A stretch of DNA of 61,223 bases, counting the filler, from Sphacelaria rigidula (taxonomy: Eukaryota), in the NCBI GenBank assembly GCA_964200075.2. It is 7 parts of 7 records of this genome, joined end to end, with 100 filler letters (N's around TTAATTAATTAA, not from the genome) between each part and the next. Parts side by side here need not be neighbours in the genome. Positions count along the whole stretch, not along the records: positions 8,764 to 17,425 come from CAXNAA020010463.1; positions 17,526 to 26,187 come from CAXNAA020010464.1; 5 more parts are not named here. One strand, given 5' to 3'. The position numbers were made by a program, and so were the translations under genes. Within the stretch, counting starts at the first letter, position 1; the number at the start of each line of letters is the position of its first letter. This document shows, piece by piece, positions 12,666-25,788 of the stretch. The notes beneath the pieces were generated by a model. It saw only the letters and a program-made list of their open reading frames with translations, searched no databases and was not told the DNA's origin.

Positions 12666-15433
12666 ATGGCAGTGGACTGGTACCAGCCCTATTCTCCTCA
12701 CCACTCGGTCCCATCGTGGGGAACTGCCCTGCATCACCTCACGAACGAAACTTTACGGGCGATATCGTACACCACGGGGGAATCAGTACACACGGGATTC
12801 AACGTCAACAACAGCGAGGCCAAGGCAATTTGTCGTACGTTAACTAACCCCCCAAGTGCCCCGCTGACTAGGGGTCGACGTACCCAAGAAATATAAAACT
12901 GAAACATTCGCTAAGAAAAAGAAGGGACAGAAAAACGTCGGACGGAGGCCCCACAGAAACGCATTTTTTACGCAAAAGGAGAGAGCAACGCTCGCGGACG
13001 TTGATTTTGTGGTGCGAAAGAGGGCGAGGTCTTTCTGGTTGAAACACCGATCAGACGCGAAACTTTCGTCCAGCAACAACCTGTGACTGGCCAAGAATGA
13101 GGGGGTCGACGCCCTGACCCGCATTCGGGTGCGTTTGCCCGACATACAAACTGTAAGGATCATCACCACGAATTACAAGGCATTGAAGACGTGCGCTCGT
13201 GGAGCATATGCTTGACGCCGGCCTGTCAGAGCTGATCTGCTCACGAACCGATCTCGGAGGCCTACGGGTGTTGAGAAAGATCATATAACTACCGCATACC
13301 GCAGTCTAGCTGACCTAGTTCGATGCCGGCTGCCCCTTGGAGCAAGTTCAACACCTGCCCCACCAACGACTTCAGACCGCCATGCCGACTGGGGGCACTA
13401 GGTCTAGCTTCAGTATTGAGCAGATTCAGGTTGGCGACTGTGGGAACTTTTTGTGGCACAACGCCATTGGCAATAGCTGATCCGTCGGGTCCCGTGAAAG
13501 TGGATAAGGGCTAACCTTCCCGACACTACAATGGATAGCTCACTGGGGGGAGACCCTCCGGCCACACGAGGCGATGTTACCGCCAGCGCCAGCGGCATGG
13601 GCTCAGGGTGAGCGGACGAGCAAGGATAGTTGCCGGCTCTGAGCCTTCGCCTCGTTGCTGGACATGACGCATCGTGCTAGTCTCCACCATGTACAAGGCG
13701 AGGTGGGCCACCTCGTGCACAAGGCCGACGTCTAAGCACTGCAACAACAGCTAGCTCATCTGATCCGACTGGTGGACCACGGGGCCTGGATGACCTATTT
13801 GTCGGTGGTGAGTCCGCTCCTGAGGAGACAGCCAGTCACTGGAGCAGTATTAAATGCAGGGTACAGATGACCCAGAGAGCCCAGCCCAACGATACCGCCA
13901 AGAACATCCCAGATCAAGAAAAAATACAACTGGAAAAGAGGTCCGTATGTATCGAGCCCTGCATGGTTACACGATGTCCGGCATGCGGCGCAGCAGACAT
14001 CACCACCCGCTTTACGCACATTTGTCATCGAACGCGGCCGAAGGTAAATCAACAACAGCAGCTTGTCCACGCAATGGCGAGAACACTCGGGTGACTGGGT
14101 TTGAAGTCCATGCTGAAGGAAGGTACCCCGTTTAGTGCCGATAGAGATTGTAGGATGGGCATCATCATCTCAGGTGGAGAACTTCGGGACGCCTCCACTA
14201 TGAGGGGAAGAGTCTCCAAATCGATGACACACGCGTCGACCCCTAGTCAGCGGGGCATGTTCAACGAGGAAATGTTAATTTCAACGGGTTTGCAGCCGCA
14301 ATATCTGACGCGCACAAAGCGCACACGACGTCAGTCGAGGACATGAATCCTTTGATCAGCGTTGCCTCAAGTTGGCCACCCAAGCGGCGGAACGCTTAGG
14401 GTGCCTTAACAAACGTGGGGAGGAACACTTCGACCGGGTGGCTACCAGCGTCGCGAGGGACGAAAAGGGAGAGTAGTTGCCAGCAAAGGAGATCTCTTAG
14501 AAATGATCAGGCAGGGAATCTTGGTGACACTCAGGTCTACATATTTTGGGAGTTTCGACGGTACCGTTTGGTGCTGCGTGGGGGGACAAGAGGCTGCTTG
14601 GAGCAGTTTTCACCCGCAGGCATGCGGCTGAAGTATAGCAACAGGATCACTGATATAGCCGTCGCCCGCTTTTCCCAACAACTGACCGTGTTGCCACTTT
14701 TGTGCTGGTGTCTCTTTTTTATGCGAGATCCCACTATTTTTTCCCCGCCTTGGTTTGTCAATGTCGTTGTCTCTGTCAATCTTCTTGTTCGATTTGTTCT
14801 GTTGTTATCGGTGTTGAATGTCTTGCTTTTTTTACTGGCGAGTCGTACTGGTTACTGGTTCCCCTCCAATCTGTCGAGTTGTACAGCATCTCACCCCGTG
14901 ATGATGCACGGATAAAATATAAGATCGCAAGGCATCAATACTAGTATAGGGAAGACATGGTTTCGCTTTTAATGTAGGATCCTGAAAAATAGGAACGGAA
15001 TATTCGTATAGCAACGAACGAAGGTCGAAATTTTGAAAAATACTGGAAAATGGTACCTGTCGAAGATACCTTCGGGGAGATTTACCCCTCCCTCCCTCCC
15101 CTGCTCCGTCTCGAAAGGGATACGTTGTCAATGGTCAAACGACTAAGGTAAGCAACAAATGAGTACGCCCCCCCCCCTCCCCCCGAAGGTGGCGAGGCTG
15201 AGGTCGGAGGCAAGCGAGATACTTACCTCCGCATGTGCCGGGCACACCACGGTATTAGCTTGTTGCGTTGTTGCGAGGTAGACCGAACCTCACCCGACAT
15301 CACGGGACCGGGACAGGCACAGAGTCGAGCGGTTGAGGGACCAAAACAAACCACACCGCGCCCAGCCTGTGATAAAGTTCAGGACGGTGAAGCACCCATC
15401 TCTCGCATACATCGTGGAAACGAACGAGCACGA

Positions 15434-15465
<32 letters not shown>

Positions 15466-16369
15466 CAGCTATCCAGCTCTTGGGCCGGTTGATGGATTCG
15501 CGATCCGATGGTGTAACGACAATTGATGGCGACTTGTTTGTTGCAATGAAGTAACAACACAAGCACCCGGTTGCCCACACTGGAGTGATGCTACGGTAGG
15601 GTTGCACTTTTGAGCGAAAATGTTTCTCGGGGTGTTGCACGGATAATTTTGAGAATCAACATCATTTTCACTTGAAAATAACTGAAAATGATGCCGATTT
15701 ACGAAAAGGCCCCTGTGTCCATCTCCATGTCCTGTGCCCGGAGATTTGTGCTGCACAGTAAGCCCCATATATTTAGGCTCCTACAAAAAGGAGACCCAGA
15801 AACAACAAGTGCAACCCCTATCGTAGCATCATTCACTGCAGTAGCTGCAGGATAGCGTCGTGTACACAACACAAACAGCGCATGCACGTAGTGACCGCAA
15901 CACATCCAGCAGTATTGCTGTACAAGAAGAGAAGAACCCTTTCATCGACCCCGAGGCAAGGGATCTGGGTATCGTATCATTCAACGGAAATATCGAATAG
16001 AAGATCATGTGTGATGTGGCCGCCCCGAAGAGCACTGAAGGAGACAAAACAAAATCGCGGATCCATCGGATTCAAGAGCAACAGCTCCGGATTTCCGACG
16101 GCACTGACAACGCCTATCCAAATTGTCGGACGGATTGTCAGGTGGATGTAAACTGGTGCGCGGATTTGACAAATCCGGATTCAATCCATGGGGTACAGAG
16201 CGGAGTGCATCTTTAGCTGACTGTACGAGCTGGGCATGCCTTGAAACGGATGTTCGAGCTTGAAGTTGATTTCGTGCGTCAGTTTTGAGATCGAGTCGTG
16301 CTTTGAAAATTATTCATGGAGTATTGCAGGGATAAAAAGAAGCACGTCGCACATTGTTGTTTTCTTTTC

Positions 16370-17330
16370 ACGAGTTCGGTCGCTTCTCACAAAACAAGAA
16401 TAAACTGCTGAAAAAATGTGTTTTTGGTCCTCCTTCCGCCGTTTTACGCCCTAAAAAATGTTTAGACGAATGTTGACACCTTGGAATGACTTGCTCTACT
16501 CGCTGAGACGGTTCAGGGACGTCTTCTTCGCGTTCTCTGGTGGCCGAAGTTTTTATTTTGACCAAGCAAACATTTCTGTCTAGAGACGGTAGAGTCCAGA
16601 GAAAAATGGTACCAGGTAGTTTCTACCATTAATACTGTAGATTCGACCGTTCTTGACCGTTCTTGGCCATAACCAAAACTGCGGCCACTGGAAAATGCAA
16701 AGGTGTCCTGGAACGGTCTCAACGAGTATAGCAAGCCATTGCAAGTGTCAGCATCCGTGTGTAGCTCTCTTTTAGGGCGTAAAAGGATGTAAAAGTCCCA
16801 AACAGGCATTTTTCAGACCGTTATTGTTGTCTGATATAAGGAGCGGCCTTCGGCTATTATTACTTATGTGTAGCAAAATAGCTCGTTGGAAACCTTTTTT
16901 CTTATTTTGTGTTGTTTCACGCCCCACAAGAAGAGGTCTACATGGATGCTGAGATTTGGAATGGCCCGCTCTGCTCATTGAGGATGTTCCAGGACATCTT
17001 TGAATTTCCTGTGGCCACCGTATTTTTTTGGCCAAGCTTGTTTTATGAATAACGATCGTCAAGTCATAAACAAAACAGAAAATCTGCCGGTTTGTTTATG
17101 GCTTGACCATTTGTTATTGAAAATGAGAGCTTGGCCAAGAATAATAACTGAGGCCGCCGGAAACGTATAGATAGGTGTCCCGGAACGGTCGCAACGGATG
17201 TAGCAAGTCACTCCAAGGTGTCAACATTCGCCTAGCCGTCCTAGGAAGAGCGTGAGGCGACACAGAAGAAGAACCAAAACGACACTTTGTAAGGAGTTTA
17301 TGTTTATACGTGAAAAGTGCCAATAGGTCG
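16370..17330. repeat. Foldback/palindromic repeat family C, two palindromic units in tandem
   Basis: TTGACACCTTGGAATGACTTGCTCTACTCG-like arm forward at ~16470 and ~16945, inverted at ~16705-16750 and ~17180-17230; relatives at 31210-31600 and 60890-61223. Confidence 0.8.
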
Positions 17331-17860
17331 GATGTTATGGCACACAGATTTTTGGCCCACGGATTGTTCGCTTCTATGGCGTTTGAGCCACTTTTTGACC
17401 CCCAAACAGCGAAAATCGCCAACACNNNNNNNNNNNNNNNNNNNNNNNNNNNNNNNNNNNNNNNNNNNNTTAATTAATTAANNNNNNNNNNNNNNNNNNN
17501 NNNNNNNNNNNNNNNNNNNNNNNNNGGTTAGGTGTGTTGGGTCATTGTCTTATTTTATGATCAAAGCCTACCCCCATATCCTCACCCCCCCCCCCCCCCC
17601 CCCTTACGCTCAAACGGCAGTTCGAACTTGCTGCGCATAGTCACATAGTCGGCTGGTTCAATAGACCATGGTCACGACTCCGTTCATACCACATATATCA
17701 AAACACATCATGCTACGCCAATGGCGAACTGTGGAAATGCGCACTTACGAGCACATACGTATTATGCATGGGTAATACTCCGGAGCAATCGAATAAGGAC
17801 GCCTGTGCCCTCCCCCCCCTCCCCCCCCCCCCATCTCATTTTATCATCATACTTGCGCAG

Positions 17861-18630
17861 TCGGTTCGAAAGTATATGGAAGAGTTTCAGGTTCCACCCG
17901 GTCAGCGAAGGTCTCAAGTACCCCGCCCGCGTGTCGGACGGTCTCTGCTGTACCTGTACGGCGTGTTGGCCGAGGACGACGTGCCCGATCCGGATCCCAA
18001 GAAAATGTACTACTACTGCATGGCGAGCGCACAGTGCAGGTGTGCGCGTATTTCGGGTGCGATCGAGTGCAACGGGGATTCATTTCGTTGCTTTTGGGCT
18101 TCGGGCTGCCTGATCTTGTTGGAGATTTGGGTGTTCGAATGTGGGGTGCACGGCTCTCAGAAGGTTGTGTCGGAGGGTGTGTGGGATCTTTTGGGGTTCG
18201 GGTGTACCATCCTTTGATTTGAGAGCTCGGGAAGTCTGTTTGCGCGCTTGTTGTTGGAAATAGTGTTGGAAATGGTGTTGCTCCCGGTTATAGTTATCGT
18301 GTTTTGCATGTGTGTGACTCATAGTGCGGCGTAGATGCAGTCCGTGCGCCCCCCACCCACGTGCGCCATTTCATTGATGTGAAGTCTGTTGGGAGTAAGA
18401 AATTGCAAAAACGCTTCTTCTGTTTTGCCCGAGTTTCACGTTGTTGTGGCCGACAAATCTCATGAGATGAGTTGTCTTCAGCGACTTCCCTCCCCGTGAT
18501 GGCGGGTGATGCACACGAGGGCACTAACAATCTGAATTCATTCAACCGCGCGGTTGAGAAGTGTGCATGGTGTTTTTTTTATAGAGTGCGATTTCGATGT
18601 GCAGTTGACCGTCAGGTGAGGTTGTGTGCT

Positions 18631-18695
<65 letters not shown>

Positions 18696-21600
18696 ATTGT
18701 TCGAAGTTACCGGACTACCGCCGAGAACGAGATGGCTTGCATGCGGGGTTGGGGAGCTGCTGTGAGGTTCCTTGTCACTACCGCCGACATGACGACCCCA
18801 ATAACCAACACCACTACACGTGATCACAATAAAACAAATGTTTTTTCGGCTGCACATGTATCCAGAAAAGCGGCGGCTTTGGGACCCACCGGTGCCGTTT
18901 CGATCCAGAAGACAGCCACCGGAAACGGGACTCGTCATCTCAAGAGGGTGCACGGTAAGGGTATTCCTGTTGAAAATCTTTTGTCTCGTGAATGATTTGC
19001 AGTAATCTCATTGTTCTCGAAAGAGTTACGACGATCTCGTACTTTTTCGGGCACAACCGTGGGTTCATGTTTTTCATACATTGCGGTGCGTCGGGAAATT
19101 TTTTCATGTTGCTGTTGTTGTTGTTGCTGCCGTCTTCGCGTTAAAAACCGTTCCGATATCTGCGCAATGCTCTGTACTGAGCATCAGTGATGGCAGGCTT
19201 TGCATAAATATACATTTCGTACGCGGTGTATTGAGCCCTTAGGGCATCAGATCTCCTTTTCGAAGCGATAGCCTTTCAATGCCGTCTGCTTCGATGATAC
19301 AACTAGGCAACTCATTTCAGTCCGCGAGCACGGACCCGCGATAGCAACATACTGTGTGTTTATTCCGTGGCCCCTGGCCCCCAACTCATGTGATATTGTT
19401 CGGCCGAAGAAGTTGTTCTTCACACATTTTCATTTGTTGATTTATAACGTGATGGGCTTGTCGCACCTCGCGTCCAAGGGGCCGAGGAATATCTCCAGGA
19501 ATCTCAACGTGTGCAATTTATCTCGGAGTGTGCAATTCATCTCGAACAGAGAGGAAAAATCACGTATGAGTTTGGCTGAGGGTGCACGCGCGTGTGTTGT
19601 GTTTTCTTCACCTCCATCTCCAGGGATAGAATCCGACAAGACGCGCAGGGAACGAAACTGCAAGGTCGCTCGAACCGAGCTTCGCATGAAGGAGGACGAG
19701 CTCCAGCAGAGGCTGGAGTCACTGGAGCGTCAAGCTCACGAAGGCGTGAGGGAAATGGAGGACCCATTGTCACATCAACAGCAACATCCCCAATACCAAC
19801 GGTTGCCAACGGCAAGCGCAGATGCCACATCTCCCCGTTTTGTCTCGGAGGGACGCGCGCAGGGATCCGCACAGACCCCACTTGCAGTAGGCGGGGCAAA
19901 TAGGATTTCGCTCGGTGATGCTGGTGGCAACGGTGGTGAGGAGGGGAGGCAGAGGGGGGAAGGGGGGGTCGGCACCTTGCGAGGGGTCGCTCCCACGCAC
20001 CAGCTTTTTCTACATGGCCAGAACAGCGTTGACAGCAACAGCAACAACGTATACGCCAACAGCATGGGTGTGCTGAACGGCAACGTAATCAACGGCGTGA
20101 ACAACGACCGCAATGACGACAACGGCGACCGCGACGACCATTTCCCACAAAATCCCCAGGAAGATGAGAGGCAAGCTCAACGAGGACATGCAGTCGCACC
20201 TTTTCCCTCTTCGTCGTTGCGGCTTGTCACGCAATCTCCCCGGGCGTCGCGGCGAGATGAGACCAAGAGGCGTCGCGCGATGGCCCTCGCATTCGTCAAG
20301 CTCTTCGTTATTTCCAAGCTCATGGGATTCCACGTTGGCGCCGATGATGATATGCAGACATTCTTGCAGGCTTGCACCGTCTCCTCTTTCCCTCGCTGGG
20401 AGTTGACAGCGGTCATGATCCAGCAGTACGTTGCTGATCTTTACGCCGCCACCAAGGGCACCTTTGCTCCTTCTCTCCTTCAGGTATGTACCTCGCTTCA
20501 GACACTGAGCAAGGGACGTGGGGGTACGTATGTTTCGCATCCAACTATTAGAACATTCACCAGGCGTTGCTCATAGAAGGTAGCACGGCGGCGGTGCCGG
20601 GGGAGAGGGGACACGGGCGGGGGAAACGAAGACCGACAATATATGTATATATATATATATATACAAGGTTCCCCTCCGGGAGGTTGGTACGGGCCTCCCG
20701 GGGGTGACGCAAGTCGAAAATATATTTTCCAAAGTTTTCCACGATCGTGAACAGGCTTTTGTGGTTCGGGATCGACACCCCGCGAAAAACGGCCAGTTTG
20801 AGCGACTTTCGGTGACCAGAACACGCGCCACAGGTATCAGATGTACGCCCAAACCTGAACGGTAAGGTACCGCTGAGCCTTCTCAGTGCGCTGCAAAAGA
20901 AAGCGTGGGAAAAAGTGCCTCGCCGTCAGAGAAAACTCAGCGAAAGTGGTGAAAAATGTGAAATGATACATGTACATAATAATATACATTGCGCTTAAAA
21001 GTACTGACAACGCTTGCACGACCGTGCCTCCTGAAGTGAGTACCTCTACAGGTGATACGAAGATAGGTACAGAGTGTGCCCAGTAGGGATCGATGCTTGT
21101 TTGCCGGGGCAGGAGCCACCCAGCAGGTCATGATGTGGAAGTGAGCGCATCTGCGTGTCCACACATGCATTGACTGACGTCTCACAGTCTGGGCCGAGGG
21201 GTCTCCGTTTTGAGGGCGTATCGATGGCATTGCCCATGATCCGTATTCGCTTCGTGCGTCTGGCGCACCACGTGAAACGTGCCGCCAATCCGAGAATATG
21301 TTGTCTGTGTTGTGGTCTACCTCTGTGCCACCAAGTATCAGGCTGGCTCGTTCAAACACCATATGACACGGCGGAGAAATCCACAAGCACAGTAACGCTT
21401 GATTTGTACTGAAAATACAATAGTAAGCCGTCGAAAGATACATGAGGTGCGTACACGTATGATTCTCCCTGTCATCCCTGTCACAAGGACAAACCTGTCA
21501 TCCCTATCACAAGGATATCCCTGCGCCTGTACTTGATAAGTGCATCCTGCAGTAGACCTTACGAAATGTACATGTACGTATACAACGGTTGGTACCCATT

Positions 21601-24600
21601 TTGATTGATTTCAGACTGTAGAAAGTTCTGGGAAAATATTTGGTCTAGGGCAGGTGAGGAGTGGTGAGCAGTAGACCCAGCTCGTCCAGAACGTGTTCTG
21701 CTCCAAAATCGGCTGAAATACGTCGATTTGAGCTCTGGTAACGCACACTTTGCCTAGGGAGAACATTGAACCCCCCTCGCACGAGGGTTCTCAGTGTGCC
21801 TTGGTAGGGGTTGGGGTTAGGGTCAGTGTTAGGGTTGGCGGCATCTCCATAGTACCAACCATTGTTTACGTACATTAGTCCCCTCGCATCTTGTTACGGA
21901 ACTCTCTGTTACGGGTTGCATGATCACAGAGATTTCGGCACTGTTCCTTGCTGATCCTACACACGTGACCCACAGTTGGGACGTTTGCCACCTGTGTGCC
22001 GTGTTCAACTCGTCAACGGCTCATTGCACGGTCTTGTGTTTGCTGCTGACTAAGGTCAAGGCAATGTTCCAAGGATCGGACAAATAATGATTCGTCTGAA
22101 AATTACTTGGTTTTAGTATAATGANNNNNNNNNNCAAAAGTTGCGTGGATACCCCTTGGACCAGCGATGCACGTTTTTCTCTCTTTTTGGCGATCAGGCC
22201 GAAGGAATCGTGAATTCGATGATTTTGAGTCGTGATGATTTGTCCTAACCGTGCAATGTTCAATTGTTTTCAACTGCATTGCCCTCATGTTCTCGTGACA
22301 TTGGCGGCATAACCGGTGTGCTTGTGCCCCCAAATCAACTAGAACACGACAAAGAGAAACATGGGAGGAAAATACCCCGTCAACAATCCTGCTGCTTGAA
22401 GTTTTCCATGAACTTGGGGAGGATTTTGTGCTTCGGGATCGACACCCCGCGAAAAAGAGCCAGTGTGGGCGACTTTTGGTGGCCAGAACACGCGCCACAG
22501 GTATCAGATGACATCCAAACCTGAAAGTTCATGTACCGCTGCGCCTTCTTCGTGCACGGCAAAAGAAAGCGCGTGATGAGATAGATGCCTTGCCGCCGGA
22601 GAAACCTCGGCAAAAATGGTGAAACATGCGAAATGATACATGTACATGTAGTGCTCTGTTCACGCGCAGCAATTCGTCTGGTGTGTGTTTACAGTTCTAA
22701 CCTGACGGCCCAGTGACCACCTGTGGATGGATGTCTAATCGGGTTCGAATCGTCGTGTTTTTTTCTGAGGCCAACCAGGCAACAACGGGAGCACCAGTAC
22801 CTCCTTCCTCGACTACCGCTGCACCGCCAACCTTGATCAATGCGACGTTGGAGGTGTGGATGGATGCCAGGGGGGAGATGGAAACGCCGCTCAAGGTACA
22901 CGACTACAGCAGCATCGACAGCAGGAACGCCGGCATGTCACGAGGCCCGATCCCTTCGACGGCAGCGAACGAGACAGCTACACGCTCACCCTCATTCGAC
23001 GGGTCGCACCAGCAGGGCATGGAGCGCTACATCGGGCTGAGAGTATTCTGGATGACAGACCGGTTCGAGTTTAGAAATGCACTCTTAGCCGCTAAGCGTC
23101 TTGGTAGCTCAGATTTCTCTGACCCACCGATCGAGCTGTCGCCGACGTCGCCCGAGGCGCCCAGCGATGGCGGTGGCCGCGGCGGCAGTGGCGGCAGTGG
23201 CGACGGCGAGACTGAGGCGGCAAGCGGTGGGGGTGGACGAGTTGGGGCACGCTCAGAGTTGGGAGCCGGTGCCGATGGTGATCGCGGCCCGGGCTTGAGG
23301 TGGGTATTCTGTATTTGGACTGGACATGTGAGGTGATGTAACGCGCGTGGTGGATATCACATAGGTTGAGCACGCTGCTTTGCCCAGAGCATAAAGCACA
23401 ACGTGTGTGTTCTCGGAGACGCGTAATGATAGTGTTACACGCTACCTGATGAGTTTTTGTCCGGGTTGCTAACCGGGTCGTTTCGGTTCATGTGTACGGT
23501 ACGTCATGTTGTGTATGTGCTTTCCGTCCTGAAAGCTTTTCCCTTCGCTCTGTCGTGTAGTAGTTTGATGTGTGATGATGGAAGTCGAGGTCATGACGGT
23601 AGTTGATCGTATTTTCTCAAAGCATGGCAGTTGCTGGAACATGAGCGCAAACTCTCCTCTCGACGCTGAAGATCATCACGCCGTACCCTTCCTTGCGGTG
23701 AAGAAGATACCTAAAGAGGGAGAGAGAAGAGGGAGGGTCTTGCAGATGCAGCCCGTCAAAGTGCAAGCTATCACATGCCTTTCGTCCTACTCTTGTGGTT
23801 GACGTTTACGTTCTTGAGAAGTACAATCCTGTAAATAATTCATCACGCCCCCCCTCCCCGCCTTTCCCCCTCCCCGCGCGCGAACCGTCCCGCGTCTCAA
23901 CCGTCGTTCTACAATACGACAGGCAGTGGGCGACGGACGTGCTGGACGAATACGGTGTACCAGCGGACAGGTTATTTTCCACCGTCAGTGACAAAGACGG
24001 CGCTTGTTGCACCAGCTATGGGCGCAAGGTCACGGGAGTTGGGGGAGTGGGAGCGGAGGGTCGTCGTGGAGAGTCTCTGTGTGTCAAATTCTCTAACAAG
24101 AAGTGGGAATGGAGCATCGAGCACATGCTGAGCGATGCGCTGACTGAGGTGATGAAATAGGCCAAAAAAATGATTTTTGTTGTTTTACTTGTGCACGCGC
24201 TCGGGCAGGAAGAGAGGCGGGTAAGCTAGTATTTGATTGTTTCTCAAGGACGCCACCAGAGAGTGGTATACGCTATGTCCGCTTGAGGTTGTATTCAACG
24301 TTAACATTCGTCAGTCTCTAAGTCGTTGCCGGTCCTCCCGGTGGCTCAGTTGATATCCTATAAACCTTTTCACCGTCGGAACGTGTGGTCGAATCTCGGT
24401 GAAGTCACACGATATAGGATATTTTCTCACTTTATGCTCAACAGTGGAGAGCGACTGAGTCGCGGGCACACCTGGTTCGACTTCACGATCGACGACGGAT
24501 AGGGACCGCTGAACGCTTATCCCGATAAAATATAAGATAAGCAAGCACTGCAGAAGGAAGGTGGAGTGCTTAAACGAGAAACAAAATCCTGTGTCGACCT

Positions 24601-25788
24601 GTCTCCCGTGTGACCCCGACTGATGTGTCCACATTATATTCCGGAATGTACTTAGACTGGCGTCCGGAATAGAAGTGATGGCAACATACACACAACACAC
24701 GAGTCATGGCCGGCGTTCATCATTTGTCAATGTATATCTGGCATCTCGTCGGAAGCTTTAGTGAAGCCCCTGTGCCCCTGTGCCATCGTTCGGAATTAAT
24801 GCTCCCGCAAATTCTGTGTGGAAAATTTGAAGCCGTGCATCCCCTAGCGGATATTTTCGTTCGCAAATTGTGGTATTCTCTTTCCAATGCCGTTTTCATG
24901 TGGAGGTCGTTTGATTTCACGCGTCGGAGGGAGTTCATGGGTGTGTTGCACGACCTTTAACCATCGTTTTGTGCTCGCTTGTGTCTGCAAATGAAAACGT
25001 CCGTACGTTCCAACAGTTGTTCATTGGTGATTCACGACTCCCACGACTAATTTCGGAAAATGAGGGACGACTCAGAATCAGCTCCTACTACTATTTTGGA
25101 AAATGGCGACGACAAAGAGTCCACGAAGAGTCGACTGATACAGCTGAAATTAGAAAATGGCGGCAACCAAGGGTTGACTCCTACGACGAAATGCGGAAAT
25201 AATCCATGACTGCGAAAGTCAACTCCTAAAATACGAAGAATGACGATAACTATTTTAACGATTACGAGCGCCACGGCTCATCGTCGTATTGATAGTTGTC
25301 CGACATGTGGAAACATAGTCAAGCGGTGTGGATGCGTTAGCTATGGTGATGCCGACGGCATACAAAGCAATTGTTTTGCCTGCAGCGGTGATACTTCAAA
25401 GTGATTAATGCGCGCAACAAGTGACTGGGATTCTCCTCTCCCTCCCCTCCGCGCACCTCACAACTCAGAACATCCCTTCGACTTGGTGGTGCTCAACCAA
25501 GGATACGTCTGTGGCGATCACGCAGGCAGAAAAAACTATTGAAAAGCAGCGTTCGCTTCATCTCACGGGTCTTACACGTAGCATTGCGTTTTTTACACTG
25601 ACATGAGATGGTCGTTTGTGATTCCGCTTTGTGTCCAGGCGTTCGAGGCCTCTGCGCATACACTTACCGAAAACGGCTGCCACAGCAAGGGTGATTCAGC
25701 GATGGCGAGGGGTGACGGAACCTCTGGAAGTGCGGTCGATGCTGTGCTGGGGATGGTCCACCAACTTAGGTCATCCCCACGCTGTCAG
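17861..25788 (+). CDS. BED zinc finger / hAT transposase-derived protein, partial; exons 17861-18039, 18866-18954, 19624-20483, 22779-23299, 23923-24148, 25639-25788
   Basis: All five introns are GT..AG and phase-compatible, giving 2025 nt = 675 codons without a stop. Motifs: YYYCMASAQCR...TATGNGTRHLKRVHG (BED-like), INATLEVW, YIGLRVFW..FEFRNALLA, DVLDEYGV..LFSTVSD, WEWSIEHML, VHQLRSS (hAT RNase H-fold order). Start and C-terminus lie outside the scaffold. Confidence 0.85.
18632..18693. repeat. (CT)n microsatellite in intron
   Basis: About 31 CT units. Confidence 0.99.
20730..20985 (-). repeat. Repeat family B copy (intronic)
   Basis: Reverse complement of 8270-8530. Confidence 0.88.
21645..21840 (-). 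repeat. Repeat family D with degenerate (CCCTAA)n tract
   Basis: Homologous to 57750-57932 (CCCTAACCC...CAGAGCTCAAATCGACG...ACGAGCTGGGT..ACTGCTCACC); partial copy at 59025-59100. Confidence 0.8.
22395..22650 (-). repeat. Repeat family B copy (intronic)
   Basis: Direct repeat of 20730-20985. Confidence 0.88.
24329..24700 (+). mobile_element. tRNA-derived SINE, diverged copy (intronic)
   Basis: Head CCGGTCCTCCCGGTGGCTCAGTTG...GGTCGAATC; body TGTGACCCCG.CTGATG...TAGACTGGCGTCC; CA-rich tail. Homologous to 38396-38757. Confidence 0.75.

Noticed and set aside
15317-15554. Poly-Ala exon around a (GCA)n tract
   Set aside because: The open frames are explained by the trinucleotide repeat; no partner exons or motifs.
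18612-18995. ORFs with SLSLSL/ERERER runs (also 49583-49966)
   Set aside because: Translations of microsatellites.
19356-20576. 406-aa single-exon gene as listed in the ORF track
   Set aside because: Only 19624-20483 is bounded by splice sites and fits the spliced model; the ends are intronic read-through.
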